Virus record (IMG/VR): IMGVR_UViG_3300020183_000013
Location: 1 to 64,000 of that record
Direction: 5' to 3' (one strand)
Length of the DNA stretch: 64,000 nt
Origin: a virus
Of this stretch, positions 1 to 8,699 are shown one piece after another. Positions within the stretch are counted from its first letter, which is position 1; every line of letters begins with the position of its first letter. The notes under the pieces were generated by a model. It ran no database searches, had not been told where the DNA came from, and saw only the letters and a program-made list of their open reading frames with translations. The position numbers were made by a program, and so were the translations under genes.

Positions 1-2
1 TT

Positions 3-272
3 ATTAGTATTGAAAACAGAGCACAACTAGTTGCAAGAGCACCATCAATTATTGAAAAACTTAAAGCAATTTCTGGTTATACTGATTATGAAATGCCTTA
101 TGGTGGCGAACCTCAGATTATAGAAGTATTTTTAGTTGGTGGTGGTGGGGGAGGAGGACTAAATGGCGGAGCAGGCGCAGCAAATGGCGGAGGTTCTTCT
201 ATGATTGCCGCTGGTGGCGGTGTAAATAGTACAAATGATATGTTTGAACAAACACTTGCTCAACTAGGATAA
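3..272 (+). CDS. 3' end of upstream gene (partial; probable baseplate/tail protein)
   Basis: Open frame from the window edge (ISIENRAQLV...TLAQLG*), stop TAA at 270-272 directly before the next ATG. Confidence 0.6.
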   Translation: MSIENRAQLVARAPSIIEKLKAISGYTDYEMPYGGEPQIIEVFLVGGGGGGGLNGGAGAANGGGSSMIAAGGGVNSTNDMFEQTLAQLG

Positions 273-273
273 T

Positions 274-1836
274 ATGACTCTAAATTCAAGTAATATACCT
301 GTATTTAAAATATTCTCAAATGCAACGGGTAAAGAACTCCCATTCAATGGTGGTGTTGCTGAGTTATATTATTATGAGAATCTTTTGTCGGAGACAGTAA
401 GAATGACCATCATTGTTGTGGATACTGGACAAGGAGATAATGGAACTACAGCATCTGAACAAATTAAACTTACAGGAACTGAAAAGGTTCACATTGAACT
501 TGAGGATTCTCAAGAACAAAAGATATCTTTCAAGACAACTGCAAATGAATTGCACATTACTGGAAGAGAACGAATAACTGATAAACTCAAAGATATTGAG
601 ATATTAGAATTAGTATCAAAAGAATATTTGAAAAATGAAAGTGTGAGAGTTGATAAACGTTACGATGGAAAAATTTCGGATTCTCTGAATAAGATTTTAA
701 AGGATGTTTTAAAAACTCAAAAGAAGTTAGATATTGAACCAACTAAGAACACACGTTCTTTTATTGGTACTATGAAAAAACCGTTTTGGTTTATTATGTG
801 GCTTGCTGGTCAATCTATTCGTGAAAATACAAGTGCCCTAGGATTAAGTTCTGGATACTTTTTCTTTGAGACAAAATCTGGTTATAAATTTAAATCAATT
901 GATACTCTGTTTGGACAGAATCCAGTTAAGAAATACATCTACAACAACACAACTTCCACTGTTATACCTACGGGATATGATGCAAAGATTTTAGAATATG
1001 ACTTTGTTGATAGTGCTGATATGAAAGACCAACTCACAATGGGAACTTTCAATACCTCAGTAAATCTATTCAATTCATTTGAAAGTTCTTTTAACTGCAA
1101 TCCTTTGGATATTACGACACAGGAGTCTGCAATTACTGCTGCTGGAACTGAGTATGGAAAAAATTTGTTCAAAGATTTTGTATCAAAACCATCAAGATTT
1201 TTTACTGGAAGTGAATCAATTGGTGGATTAAAACCGATTGATGAAGCAAAAGAATTGGATACTGATAAAGCGAAGTATCTTTCTTCAGCAACTGCAAGAT
1301 ATAATCAAGCATACACTGTAAAGGCCAACATCACAATCTTTGGTGATTATAGTTTGGAGGTTGGTCAACTTATCTTCTGTGATTTCCCTGAGCAATCAAC
1401 CAAAACAAATACAACAGCAAACCCAAGAATGAGTGGCATCTATATGATATCTGCACTTTGCCATCGTATTGACCCACAACAACAGTGCTTTACATCTTTA
1501 GAACTCATTCGTGATTCTTATGGTAGAAAACCAATGTTGTCTAAAAAGCAAGAACCTGCACCAACAGGAGTTGGACAAGGAGTTAATAATCAGGGACAAG
1601 GTATTTTCTCTGAAGGTCAAGGAGTCACTGGTAAAGGAGTCACTGATGCTGATGTTGCAGATGCATTAGAAGCAGAAGCGAACCTTGCAGAATCACAATA
1701 TTATGGAGCAACTGCGGATTACTGGGAGGCAGTTAGTGAAGGACTCCAATCTGGAGCAAGTTATAAAGAGTTAGGTCTCAATCAAGCAGAGATTGATTAT
1801 CTTGAAGGTAGGAGAGATCAACCTCCAGCACTATAA
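274..1836 (+). CDS. Baseplate hub protein, T4 gp27-like
   Basis: 520 aa; YFFFETKSGYKFKSIDTL and GDYSLEVGQLI..SGIYMISALCH motifs typical of gp27/VgrG-like hubs; lies upstream of the gp5-like gene. Confidence 0.6.
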   Translation: MTLNSSNIPVFKIFSNATGKELPFNGGVAELYYYENLLSETVRMTIIVVDTGQGDNGTTASEQIKLTGTEKVHIELEDSQEQKISFKTTANELHITGRERITDKLKDIEILELVSKEYLKNESVRVDKRYDGKISDSLNKILKDVLKTQKKLDIEPTKNTRSFIGTMKKPFWFIMWLAGQSIRENTSALGLSSGYFFFETKSGYKFKSIDTLFGQNPVKKYIYNNTTSTVIPTGYDAKILEYDFVDSADMKDQLTMGTFNTSVNLFNSFESSFNCNPLDITTQESAITAAGTEYGKNLFKDFVSKPSRFFTGSESIGGLKPIDEAKELDTDKAKYLSSATARYNQAYTVKANITIFGDYSLEVGQLIFCDFPEQSTKTNTTANPRMSGIYMISALCHRIDPQQQCFTSLELIRDSYGRKPMLSKKQEPAPTGVGQGVNNQGQGIFSEGQGVTGKGVTDADVADALEAEANLAESQYYGATADYWEAVSEGLQSGASYKELGLNQAEIDYLEGRRDQPPAL

Positions 1837-1839
1837 ATA
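1832..1839 (+). promoter_or_regulatory. T4-type late promoter TATAAATA upstream of cp12
   Basis: Exact gp55 consensus overlapping the upstream stop codon. Confidence 0.65.
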
Positions 1840-1863
1840 ATAACAACTAACTGTGTGTTCAAT

Positions 1864-2079
1864 ATGGATAGAACACTTTCCCAACACATCAATGATGATC
1901 GTGATGAACTGGATAATCCAGATACTAATTCACAACGTCGTCGTCATCTAGAAGATGAATTATATTCACTTGAAAAATATCAAGTGAATCATCCAGATGA
2001 TGAACACGATCCAACACCATTAGAACTTTATTGTGATCTAAACCCAACTGCACTTGAATGTAGAATATATGATGATTAA
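1864..2079 (+). CDS. cp12: CP12 Calvin-cycle inhibitor (cyanophage type)
   Basis: C-terminal PTPLELYCDLNPTALECRIYDD signature; ATG at 1864 preferred over GTG at 1855. Confidence 0.92.
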   Translation: MDRTLSQHINDDRDELDNPDTNSQRRRHLEDELYSLEKYQVNHPDDEHDPTPLELYCDLNPTALECRIYDD

Positions 2080-2081
2080 TT

Positions 2082-4094
2082 ATGTCTGATGTAACTACGG
2101 GAAGTGCCTTTAATCCACAATTTTTTGTAAATCCTCCTTGGTGGATTGGACGAGTAGAATCAAAAACTACTTGGGATGAAAATGTTCAGGCAGAAACTTT
2201 TGAAGGTTTAAACGCAATTAAAGGTTGGGGACACAGATATAATGTCCGTGTCTTCAACTGGCATACTGGAGATGTAGATAAACTAAAACCAGAAGAAACA
2301 GTTAAGGCTCAAGTGGTGATGCCAGTTACTGCAGGATCTGGTCACGGTGGGGCGTCAATCACTCCATCAATTGAATCTGGTTCTGTTGTCTTTGGATTCT
2401 TCAAGGATGGAATGGCAGGGCAAGAACCCTACATTGTGGGAGTGATTGGTAATTCAAATAACAATGTTCCTAAGAAGAGAGCAGAACCAGCTCCAAACCA
2501 ACCAGTAGCAACTCCATCTCCAACTGGTGGAAAACCTACAGTATCTAAACCACCAACACCTGTTCGTGGTCCAGGTAGTCTTGCAAATAAACCAGTACCT
2601 CCTAACGTTGATCAATTGAGTATTGATCAACTTAAGAAACTCTTAGATCCATCTAAGACTCCTTCATCTGCAGTTTTTAAGGCAGCATCTGAAGCAAGAC
2701 AAAAAGCAAAGGTAGAAGGAAAGGATTCAAAAGAAATTGAAAGGTTGGTTCTTGCCGCAACTGTAAAGGCATCAAGACAACCAGGTGCCTCTGCTTCCAG
2801 CGGAAACTGTAATAAAGGTTATCAGCAGTTTAATGATACTTATACTGAAGGATCTCCACAAACTGCAGCTAAAGTTCCTGATGATAGAATCTTAAATGGT
2901 TCTCCATTATCAACAACAGAAGCACAACACGTAGAAGTTCAGTCTAAAACCGATCAGGATAAGGATAGTAAAATAAAAGTTCCTTTACTTGATGTTTCCA
3001 AACAAGGAAACTCTAAGATGAAAGGGATTCAACGGACAATGAAAAATCTGTTGAATGTTGTTGAAGAATTAAAAAGAATTTATAATCAGGCATCTTCATT
3101 TGCAACAGGTGTTTTAGAATTCACTGAAAAAATAAAATCAACAGTTTCAAATGCTGCTTTTGAAATGGCAGGATTTGCAAAAGGAATGTTGAATGGAGTA
3201 AGAGGATATATCTCTAAAAAGATCTCTGATGGTGTCAAGTCTGTTGTTCCATATTTGTTCCCCACTGAAGTTCCTCAACTTCTAGAAATTAGTCAGAAAG
3301 GTTGTGACAAACTTTCTTGTGTAATGAACAAAATTATCAAAGGACTTCAAGGAACATTTACTGGTTTACTAGAAAATGTACTCGATCGTTTTATTAATGC
3401 TCCCCTTTGTGCTGCTGAATCAATAATGGGTGACTTTATTGATACAATTTTAGATCCTCTTATGAGCACACTGGATGGAATCTTTACTCCAATTAATGCT
3501 CTTCTAGGAACAATTACTGGAGGTCTTGCTGGAGGTATTGGAAGTTTGGTAGGAGGTCTTGTTGGTGGAGGTTTAGGCAAAGTTGCAGGAAACTTATTTA
3601 ATGCTCTTGACTATGTTCCTGGAATTCTTCAATTCTTCTCTTGCGAAGATACACAATCTGCTGTAAAATATCAAGAAATATCTCAAGATAGATCTGCACT
3701 TCCTGGTGGAGATGCTGCACCTACACCAACAGGTGATAATCAATCTGCAACTGGTAAAGGTGCAAATACCGCAAATCCTGTTATGTCCAATATTGTTTCT
3801 AATACTACATTTAATGGAGATTATCAAGTTTCTGGCGCAAGCACAGATGCATTTACTGGTCAGGTAAGTTCTCTGGTTGAAACTGCTAAGGAATATGAAA
3901 TTTATGTTGGTTCTGAAAGTAATACAAGCGGTATTGGACAACTAAGAACATCCGCAAAGAATAATCCAGAAGATCTTCAAAAGTTTGCTACATACGTTGA
4001 TAATCAAGTTAAGAATGAGACTCCAAAACTACGTGATGAAATTAACTCTGGAAAGAAAGATAGTGACCCAGATCCTTCGTTCACTTTATATTAA
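2082..4094 (+). CDS. Baseplate hub/spike protein, gp5 N-terminal OB-fold type
   Basis: WWIGRVE..RYNVRVF..AQVVMPVT..VVFGFFKDG..QEPYIVGVI matches the gp5 OB-fold pattern; no lysozyme motif seen. Confidence 0.7.
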   Translation: MSDVTTGSAFNPQFFVNPPWWIGRVESKTTWDENVQAETFEGLNAIKGWGHRYNVRVFNWHTGDVDKLKPEETVKAQVVMPVTAGSGHGGASITPSIESGSVVFGFFKDGMAGQEPYIVGVIGNSNNNVPKKRAEPAPNQPVATPSPTGGKPTVSKPPTPVRGPGSLANKPVPPNVDQLSIDQLKKLLDPSKTPSSAVFKAASEARQKAKVEGKDSKEIERLVLAATVKASRQPGASASSGNCNKGYQQFNDTYTEGSPQTAAKVPDDRILNGSPLSTTEAQHVEVQSKTDQDKDSKIKVPLLDVSKQGNSKMKGIQRTMKNLLNVVEELKRIYNQASSFATGVLEFTEKIKSTVSNAAFEMAGFAKGMLNGVRGYISKKISDGVKSVVPYLFPTEVPQLLEISQKGCDKLSCVMNKIIKGLQGTFTGLLENVLDRFINAPLCAAESIMGDFIDTILDPLMSTLDGIFTPINALLGTITGGLAGGIGSLVGGLVGGGLGKVAGNLFNALDYVPGILQFFSCEDTQSAVKYQEISQDRSALPGGDAAPTPTGDNQSATGKGANTANPVMSNIVSNTTFNGDYQVSGASTDAFTGQVSSLVETAKEYEIYVGSESNTSGIGQLRTSAKNNPEDLQKFATYVDNQVKNETPKLRDEINSGKKDSDPDPSFTLY

Positions 4095-4104
4095 GGTATG
4101 AATT

Positions 4105-5304
4105 ATGAAATCTAAGTTTTTCTCAGGTATTCTACCAAAAAATGTAATCAAAGTAGCCTTTGTTGATAGTGAAGGCAAAAGAATTAATGGATTAACCGTT
4201 GATGATGCTCGTAAAGTTCATCAAGCTGACCCAACAAGAAAATTCTATTTTCAAAATGGTGATGGAGTTGAGAGTGTATTAACGTTTCAAGAAGTTGAAA
4301 GGTTAATTCCAGAAGATACTCTTCCAACAGCACCATCTTGCCCCACCGATCCTCAGTTTTGTGGACCACCATTAGTTCAATTTTTTGGTGGAGATGGATG
4401 GGGAGCAATGGCAAATGCTGTCATAAGTCCCATCTCATCATCAGTAATTGGTTTCGATATTGTAAATCCTGGTTATGGATATCAAAACGTTCCATTTGCT
4501 GAACTAATGGATGGTTGTGGTAAAGGATCTGGTGGAAAGTTAATAGTCAATATGGAACCAGAAACTGGTAACAATAGACCTAAAGCGGGAGATGGAATTG
4601 ATAGACTTGGAAAACAGATAAAAAATATTACAATTACTGCTCCAGGAGATGGTTATTTGCCATCTCCTGATGGAAGTTTAGGGGGTAATGAAAGAGTATG
4701 GAAAGATCCCGATGAAGGTTTTGTAACAACCGCAGACGGAAAGTATTACGTTGTTCAAATTGATAGACCAATTTTGGTAAAAAAGGGTGACAAATATTAT
4801 CCTCCTGATGGTCCTCCTAGAGAATTGGAAGAAGATGAAGTTATTACTCAACCATTAGTTCCTGTACCAACACCAAGACCAGAAGTATTTGGACCCCAAT
4901 ATCCAGTAATTTTGTGTATTGAAGAGATTGTTGTTCTGGATGGAGGATTTGGATATCGTCCTGGAGACAAACTTATTATTACACCAAACAATGGTACAGT
5001 AGCAGAACCTGTGATTAATGAGAGAGGGCAAATTGAAAGAATAAATATCCTCACAGGTGGTTGTGGGTATGAAGATCTTCCAGATATTCGCACAGATTCT
5101 CCAACTGGATTTAATGCTACATTTACAACTATCTTTAAAGTCACTAGAGTTGATCCAACGCTTCCTATTGAAGAGCAAGTTGTTCCTGCAAAACCACTTC
5201 CAACAACAGCAGCAACTGTTGAAGGTCAACTTTATAAACCATTCTCTGTTCCTGAAGGAGCAGCGGTTGTTCAAGTCATTGATTGTGTAGGTAAGGTATT
5301 TTAA
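4105..5304 (+). CDS. Virion structural protein (baseplate/spike associated)
   Basis: Repeated (I/V)xxxGxGY motifs typical of cyanophage structural proteins; operon context. Confidence 0.55.
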   Translation: MKSKFFSGILPKNVIKVAFVDSEGKRINGLTVDDARKVHQADPTRKFYFQNGDGVESVLTFQEVERLIPEDTLPTAPSCPTDPQFCGPPLVQFFGGDGWGAMANAVISPISSSVIGFDIVNPGYGYQNVPFAELMDGCGKGSGGKLIVNMEPETGNNRPKAGDGIDRLGKQIKNITITAPGDGYLPSPDGSLGGNERVWKDPDEGFVTTADGKYYVVQIDRPILVKKGDKYYPPDGPPRELEEDEVITQPLVPVPTPRPEVFGPQYPVILCIEEIVVLDGGFGYRPGDKLIITPNNGTVAEPVINERGQIERINILTGGCGYEDLPDIRTDSPTGFNATFTTIFKVTRVDPTLPIEEQVVPAKPLPTTAATVEGQLYKPFSVPEGAAVVQVIDCVGKVF

Positions 5305-5897
5305 TGAAATCAGTCAATAAAGAAATTAAAGACGTAAGAACAAAGGATGGAAATCTAAGATTTGGTCACATCCATAAGGATCAGGCCAAATCATCCATTA
5401 TGCTTCAAGGTCAAGGAGGTCTTGAATTTATTACGATTGATCAGACAAGTCCTAGAGAAGGATGGATTTGGTCAAGATGTAGAGGACGTTATCAAGTAAT
5501 TGCTGGAGATAATATTCAACCAGGTGATGTTGGAATTTATATCAGTTCTGCGGGCGGTAATGGACTTTCGAAAGGAAACATTGAAATTCTTACGAAAGGA
5601 ACTTTTAAAGTCAATGCTGAGAACATTCAGTTAATTGCAAGAGGAAGTGACAACAGTAATGGATATATTAACCTAGACGCAGATGAAGAGATTAAATTAA
5701 AAGCAAAGAGAATCAATATTGATGCTACCGAAACTTGCAGTATCTTTTCATCTGGAGAAATAAATACCACAGCGGAAAACATTATGAAAATGACCGCAGG
5801 ATCTTTTCAAAAATTAAGTGCCGCGAGCGCACTTAAAAAACCAGGATTCGCAATTAATCCAAGAGGTCTAGCATCAGTAAAACCAAGTTCAAAATAA
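5304..5897 (+). CDS. Putative spike beta-helix (gp5 C-terminal-like)
   Basis: ~8-residue periodicity (IKLKAKRINIDATETCSIFSSGEINTTA) resembling gp5/VgrG C-termini. Confidence 0.45.
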   Translation: MKSVNKEIKDVRTKDGNLRFGHIHKDQAKSSIMLQGQGGLEFITIDQTSPREGWIWSRCRGRYQVIAGDNIQPGDVGIYISSAGGNGLSKGNIEILTKGTFKVNAENIQLIARGSDNSNGYINLDADEEIKLKAKRINIDATETCSIFSSGEINTTAENIMKMTAGSFQKLSAASALKKPGFAINPRGLASVKPSSK

Positions 5898-5907
5898 GGA
5901 GTAATTT

Positions 5908-6660
5908 ATGTCATCATCAAGTGATGTTGAATTAATTCATGGTCAATTATTTGTTACAAACACAACATCAAAACCAGAAGCTCTTGGTAGAGGTGAGCAG
6001 AGGGTAGATGGTGCTGCATATCTTCAAGGACCAGTTCAGATTGGTAATGATGGTTCTTATTCAAGTATTGAAGCAACCTTAATGGTTGGTCCTTTGGAAA
6101 ATGATGATTGTGGTTCTGCACCACATGCTGTTTATATTAAAGGACCTAGAGGAAGAGAATATCCTCTATATGTCTCTGGTAATGCATTTTTTAACCATCC
6201 AAACATTGGTGATTTATCCGAGAGATTTAATGTAGCAGACTCAAGACCAAAACCTTTTGATATGGTTCACCCGTCAAATGGTGAAGGACATAGGCTTCGT
6301 TATGCGTGTATTGAGGGTCCAGAAGTTGGAGTATATTTTAGAGGTAGAGTAAGAAATAAAACCGAGATTGATTTGCCTTGGTATTGGAAAGACTTAGTAC
6401 ACATCGAAAGCATTAGTGTTCAACTTCAACCAATTGGATCCCATCAAGATGTGATTATAAAAAGATGGGATGATAGTAAAATATATCTTCAATCAAATGG
6501 AGGAATGCCAATTGATTGTTTTTATCACGTTTATGCTGAAAGAAAGGATGTAAATGCTCTTGTGGTTGAGTATCGTGGGGACAGTTGGAAGGATTATCCA
6601 GACCCACAATACAATGGTGAACAGTTCGCAGATAGAATCAACACTCAGACTAGCCCTTGA
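5908..6660 (+). CDS. Spike/fibre protein with C-terminal intramolecular-chaperone-like domain
   Basis: KPFDMVHP..LRYACIEGPEVGVYFRG..YHVYAERKD, a C-terminal domain type seen on phage spikes/fibres. Confidence 0.5.
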   Translation: MSSSSDVELIHGQLFVTNTTSKPEALGRGEQRVDGAAYLQGPVQIGNDGSYSSIEATLMVGPLENDDCGSAPHAVYIKGPRGREYPLYVSGNAFFNHPNIGDLSERFNVADSRPKPFDMVHPSNGEGHRLRYACIEGPEVGVYFRGRVRNKTEIDLPWYWKDLVHIESISVQLQPIGSHQDVIIKRWDDSKIYLQSNGGMPIDCFYHVYAERKDVNALVVEYRGDSWKDYPDPQYNGEQFADRINTQTSP

Positions 6661-6685
6661 CACCCCTAGGGTCTTCCCCTATAAT
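6657..6685 (+). promoter_or_regulatory. sigma70-type early promoter
   Basis: TTGACA-17 nt-TATAAT. Confidence 0.8.
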
Positions 6686-6687
6686 AA

Positions 6688-6894
6688 GTGGGTAATCAAG
6701 AGACACCCCAAATGAATGATGAGTATTTGACTCGGTGCGTGGTTGATACCAGTAAGCGTACCTTTAACCTTTACTCAAGTCTTGGTAATGAAAAGGTTGT
6801 AACTTGTGAAACTGTAGATCAGTTTATAAACGTTCTTGATGTGGTTCGTTCACAAGTCAATGAAGATTCTCTGTCATACGCAAATCAACTTTAA
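6688..6894 (+). CDS. Hypothetical protein (start may be ATG 6712)
   Basis: ORF directly after a consensus promoter. Confidence 0.6.
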   Translation: MGNQETPQMNDEYLTRCVVDTSKRTFNLYSSLGNEKVVTCETVDQFINVLDVVRSQVNEDSLSYANQL

Positions 6895-6955
6895 GTTCCA
6901 TTTTAGGTCCAAAAATTTTTCCGGCAAAAAATTGCTCTATTAGATTTTTTTAAGT

Positions 6956-7159
6956 ATGCCTTATAAGATTTCATACAAAGACCTCAAAGAGGAACCAATC
7001 AAAACCACTCCAGATAATGTAAAAGAGGCAAATGAAGCACTCTTTTGTGCCAAGTGGAATCTCCCTAAAGCAGCAAAGCACTGTGGAATGTCACAAAAAG
7101 AAATGAAGTTGACATTCTGGGAGTTTATCAAGTATAATCCTACTACTTACGAAGTGTAA
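6956..7159 (+). CDS. Small HTH-like protein
   Basis: WNLPKAAKHCGMSQKEMK resembles a helix-turn-helix. Confidence 0.55.
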   Translation: MPYKISYKDLKEEPIKTTPDNVKEANEALFCAKWNLPKAAKHCGMSQKEMKLTFWEFIKYNPTTYEV

Positions 7160-7166
7160 GTTTTTT

Positions 7167-7239
7167 GCCCGTGTAGTCCAGCGGCAGAGACAGGGAGCTT
7201 AAAACTCCTCCAGGGGCGGTTCGAATCCGCCCACGGGTA
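7167..7239 (+). tRNA. trnL: tRNA-Leu(UAA), short variable loop, CCA not encoded
   Basis: Acceptor GCCCGTG/CACGGGT; anticodon arm GGGAG-CTTAAAA-CTCCT; T arm GGCGG-TTCGAAT-CCGCC. Confidence 0.9.
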
Positions 7240-7281
7240 TGAGGTTCTACCTCTAAATAAACAAAAGTAAGGAACTATTCT

Positions 7282-7551
7282 ATGAAGTACAGAATAGATG
7301 CCAGATACGTTTGGTATAATCGCGGAACTCAAATAGTTCTGATGTATTTTATAAATTCAATTCCTTTTACTTTTGATGACCTTCCAGACGAATCAATATT
7401 CGATTTGGAATTAATCAAATTAGCAGATAACGAAAGACGTTTTGAACCAGAAGACCTTTATCAAGCATCATACTACTTAATGCTTGAAGAATGTCATCCA
7501 CTCTTATATGAGTTGGAACTGGAAAATCCAGAAATGTTACCTGCTGATTAA
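7282..7551 (+). CDS. Hypothetical protein
   Basis: 89-aa ORF with AAGGA RBS and TAAATA at 7254. Confidence 0.65.
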   Translation: MKYRIDARYVWYNRGTQIVLMYFINSIPFTFDDLPDESIFDLELIKLADNERRFEPEDLYQASYYLMLEECHPLLYELELENPEMLPAD

Positions 7552-7554
7552 TTT

Positions 7555-7627
7555 GCCTCTAAAGCATTAAGTGGCGATGTACCGCTCTTGTAAAGCGGAG
7601 AGGACGGTTCAATTCCGTCTGGGGGCT
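7555..7627 (+). tRNA. trnT: tRNA-Thr(UGU), CCA not encoded
   Basis: Acceptor GCCTCTA/TGGGGGC; anticodon arm CCGCT-CTTGTAA-AGCGG; T arm GACGG-TTCAATT-CCGTC. Confidence 0.9.
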
Positions 7628-7645
7628 TGAGTTCTATAAACTCCA

Positions 7646-7804
7646 ATGTCACTAATTTCACAAAGAGATAGACAACTCGCAATTGATGCACTTACCTGTT
7701 ATGCTAGAGTTAAAGATGCTCTCGAATGGTCCGAAGAAGACCGAATGGAAGTCAACGCACTTATCAACTGGATTCGACTGGAATATTTCAAGAATGAAAA
7801 TTAA
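7646..7804 (+). CDS. Hypothetical protein (52 aa, not in ORF track)
   Basis: MSLISQRDRQLAIDAL...EYFKNEN*; overlaps the start of the next gene. Confidence 0.55.
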   Translation: MSLISQRDRQLAIDALTCYARVKDALEWSEEDRMEVNALINWIRLEYFKNEN

Positions 7805-7967
7805 TCTTTGGTATTGTAAGGATATGAAGCAGTGGCGTTGGGTTCTTACTGATGATTCACGTCCTATCCTTAAGCAAGAATCTGGTCAACAACCATTTCT
7901 TCGTGATGCAATGAATGATGTTGCAAACACTGTAGAATATATGTTAGAATGCAAACAAACTGAGTAA
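7794..7967 (+). CDS. Hypothetical protein
   Basis: MKINLWYCKDMKQWRW...; ATG 7794 preferred over the track start at 7683. Confidence 0.6.
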   Translation: MKINLWYCKDMKQWRWVLTDDSRPILKQESGQQPFLRDAMNDVANTVEYMLECKQTE

Positions 7968-7977
7968 AAATACTTAG

Positions 7978-8586
7978 ATGAAATCGGATTTTTACCTAGA
8001 TAAAGTGAGTAAAGAAGAAATCAAAGAACTTCTTTATACTTACCATTATCTTAAAGACGAATCAAAAGATTTCAAGAGTGGATATAATTACTCACTTTAC
8101 AGAAAGTCATTCACAGATGTCCTTAATATTGGTGGGTCTGTTGGCGTCTGCATTTTTACTGGTCTCCCAGTTCCAGAAATAGCAAAAGGAGCATTTGGTC
8201 TTGAAAGAAACGAACAACAAGGACTCTTTGAACTCTCAAGACTCTGCATCAGACCTGATATCCAGTCTTTGGAATATAACATCACTTCTTGGTTTGTTTC
8301 AAGAGCGATTAGACAACTTCGGAAAGATACTGAAGTTAAAGCAATCCTTTCTTATGCTGATTCAAATCACCATTCTGGTACAATTTATCGCGCTTGCAAC
8401 TTTAAGTACTACGGTCTCACGGATAGAAAAAAAGATTTCTACTATTCAGACGGAACTAAACACTCTCGTGGAAAAGTAAAAGGTTCTGAAGGTGAATGGA
8501 GAGATAGAAGTAGAAAGCATAGATACCTTATGGTATTTGATAAAGAACTACAAAAACGCTTGACTTGGAAAGAGGAAAAGTGGTAA
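7978..8586 (+). CDS. Mom-like (GNAT-fold) adenine modification protein
   Basis: ELSRLC, ILSYAD and HSGTIYRACNFKYYG motifs of the phage Mu Mom family. Confidence 0.75.
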   Translation: MKSDFYLDKVSKEEIKELLYTYHYLKDESKDFKSGYNYSLYRKSFTDVLNIGGSVGVCIFTGLPVPEIAKGAFGLERNEQQGLFELSRLCIRPDIQSLEYNITSWFVSRAIRQLRKDTEVKAILSYADSNHHSGTIYRACNFKYYGLTDRKKDFYYSDGTKHSRGKVKGSEGEWRDRSRKHRYLMVFDKELQKRLTWKEEKW

Positions 8587-8589
8587 AAT
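8560..8589 (+). promoter_or_regulatory. sigma70-type promoter with extended -10
   Basis: TTGACT-18 nt-TAAAAT preceded by TGG. Confidence 0.55.
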
Positions 8590-8594
8590 ATACA

Positions 8595-8658
8595 AGCCCG
8601 TGTGAAGGAATTGCCTAAGTGCTAACTTGAAAACCTCCGAGCAATCGGGGGTTTTCTT
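8595..8658 (+). ncRNA. Candidate ~60-nt small RNA
   Basis: ORF-free segment bounded by a promoter and an intrinsic terminator. Confidence 0.4.
8629..8658 (+). terminator. Rho-independent terminator
   Basis: GAAAACCTCCGA-GCAA-TCGGGGGTTTTC followed by TT. Confidence 0.8.
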
Positions 8659-8699
8659 GTGTCTAAATAAATCATAATAGAACTCAAAGTGCGAATAAG

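Noticed and set aside
7683-7793. Track N-terminal extension of the 7683-7967 ORF
   Set aside because: Overlaps a better ORF at 7646-7804; ATG 7794 is the more plausible start
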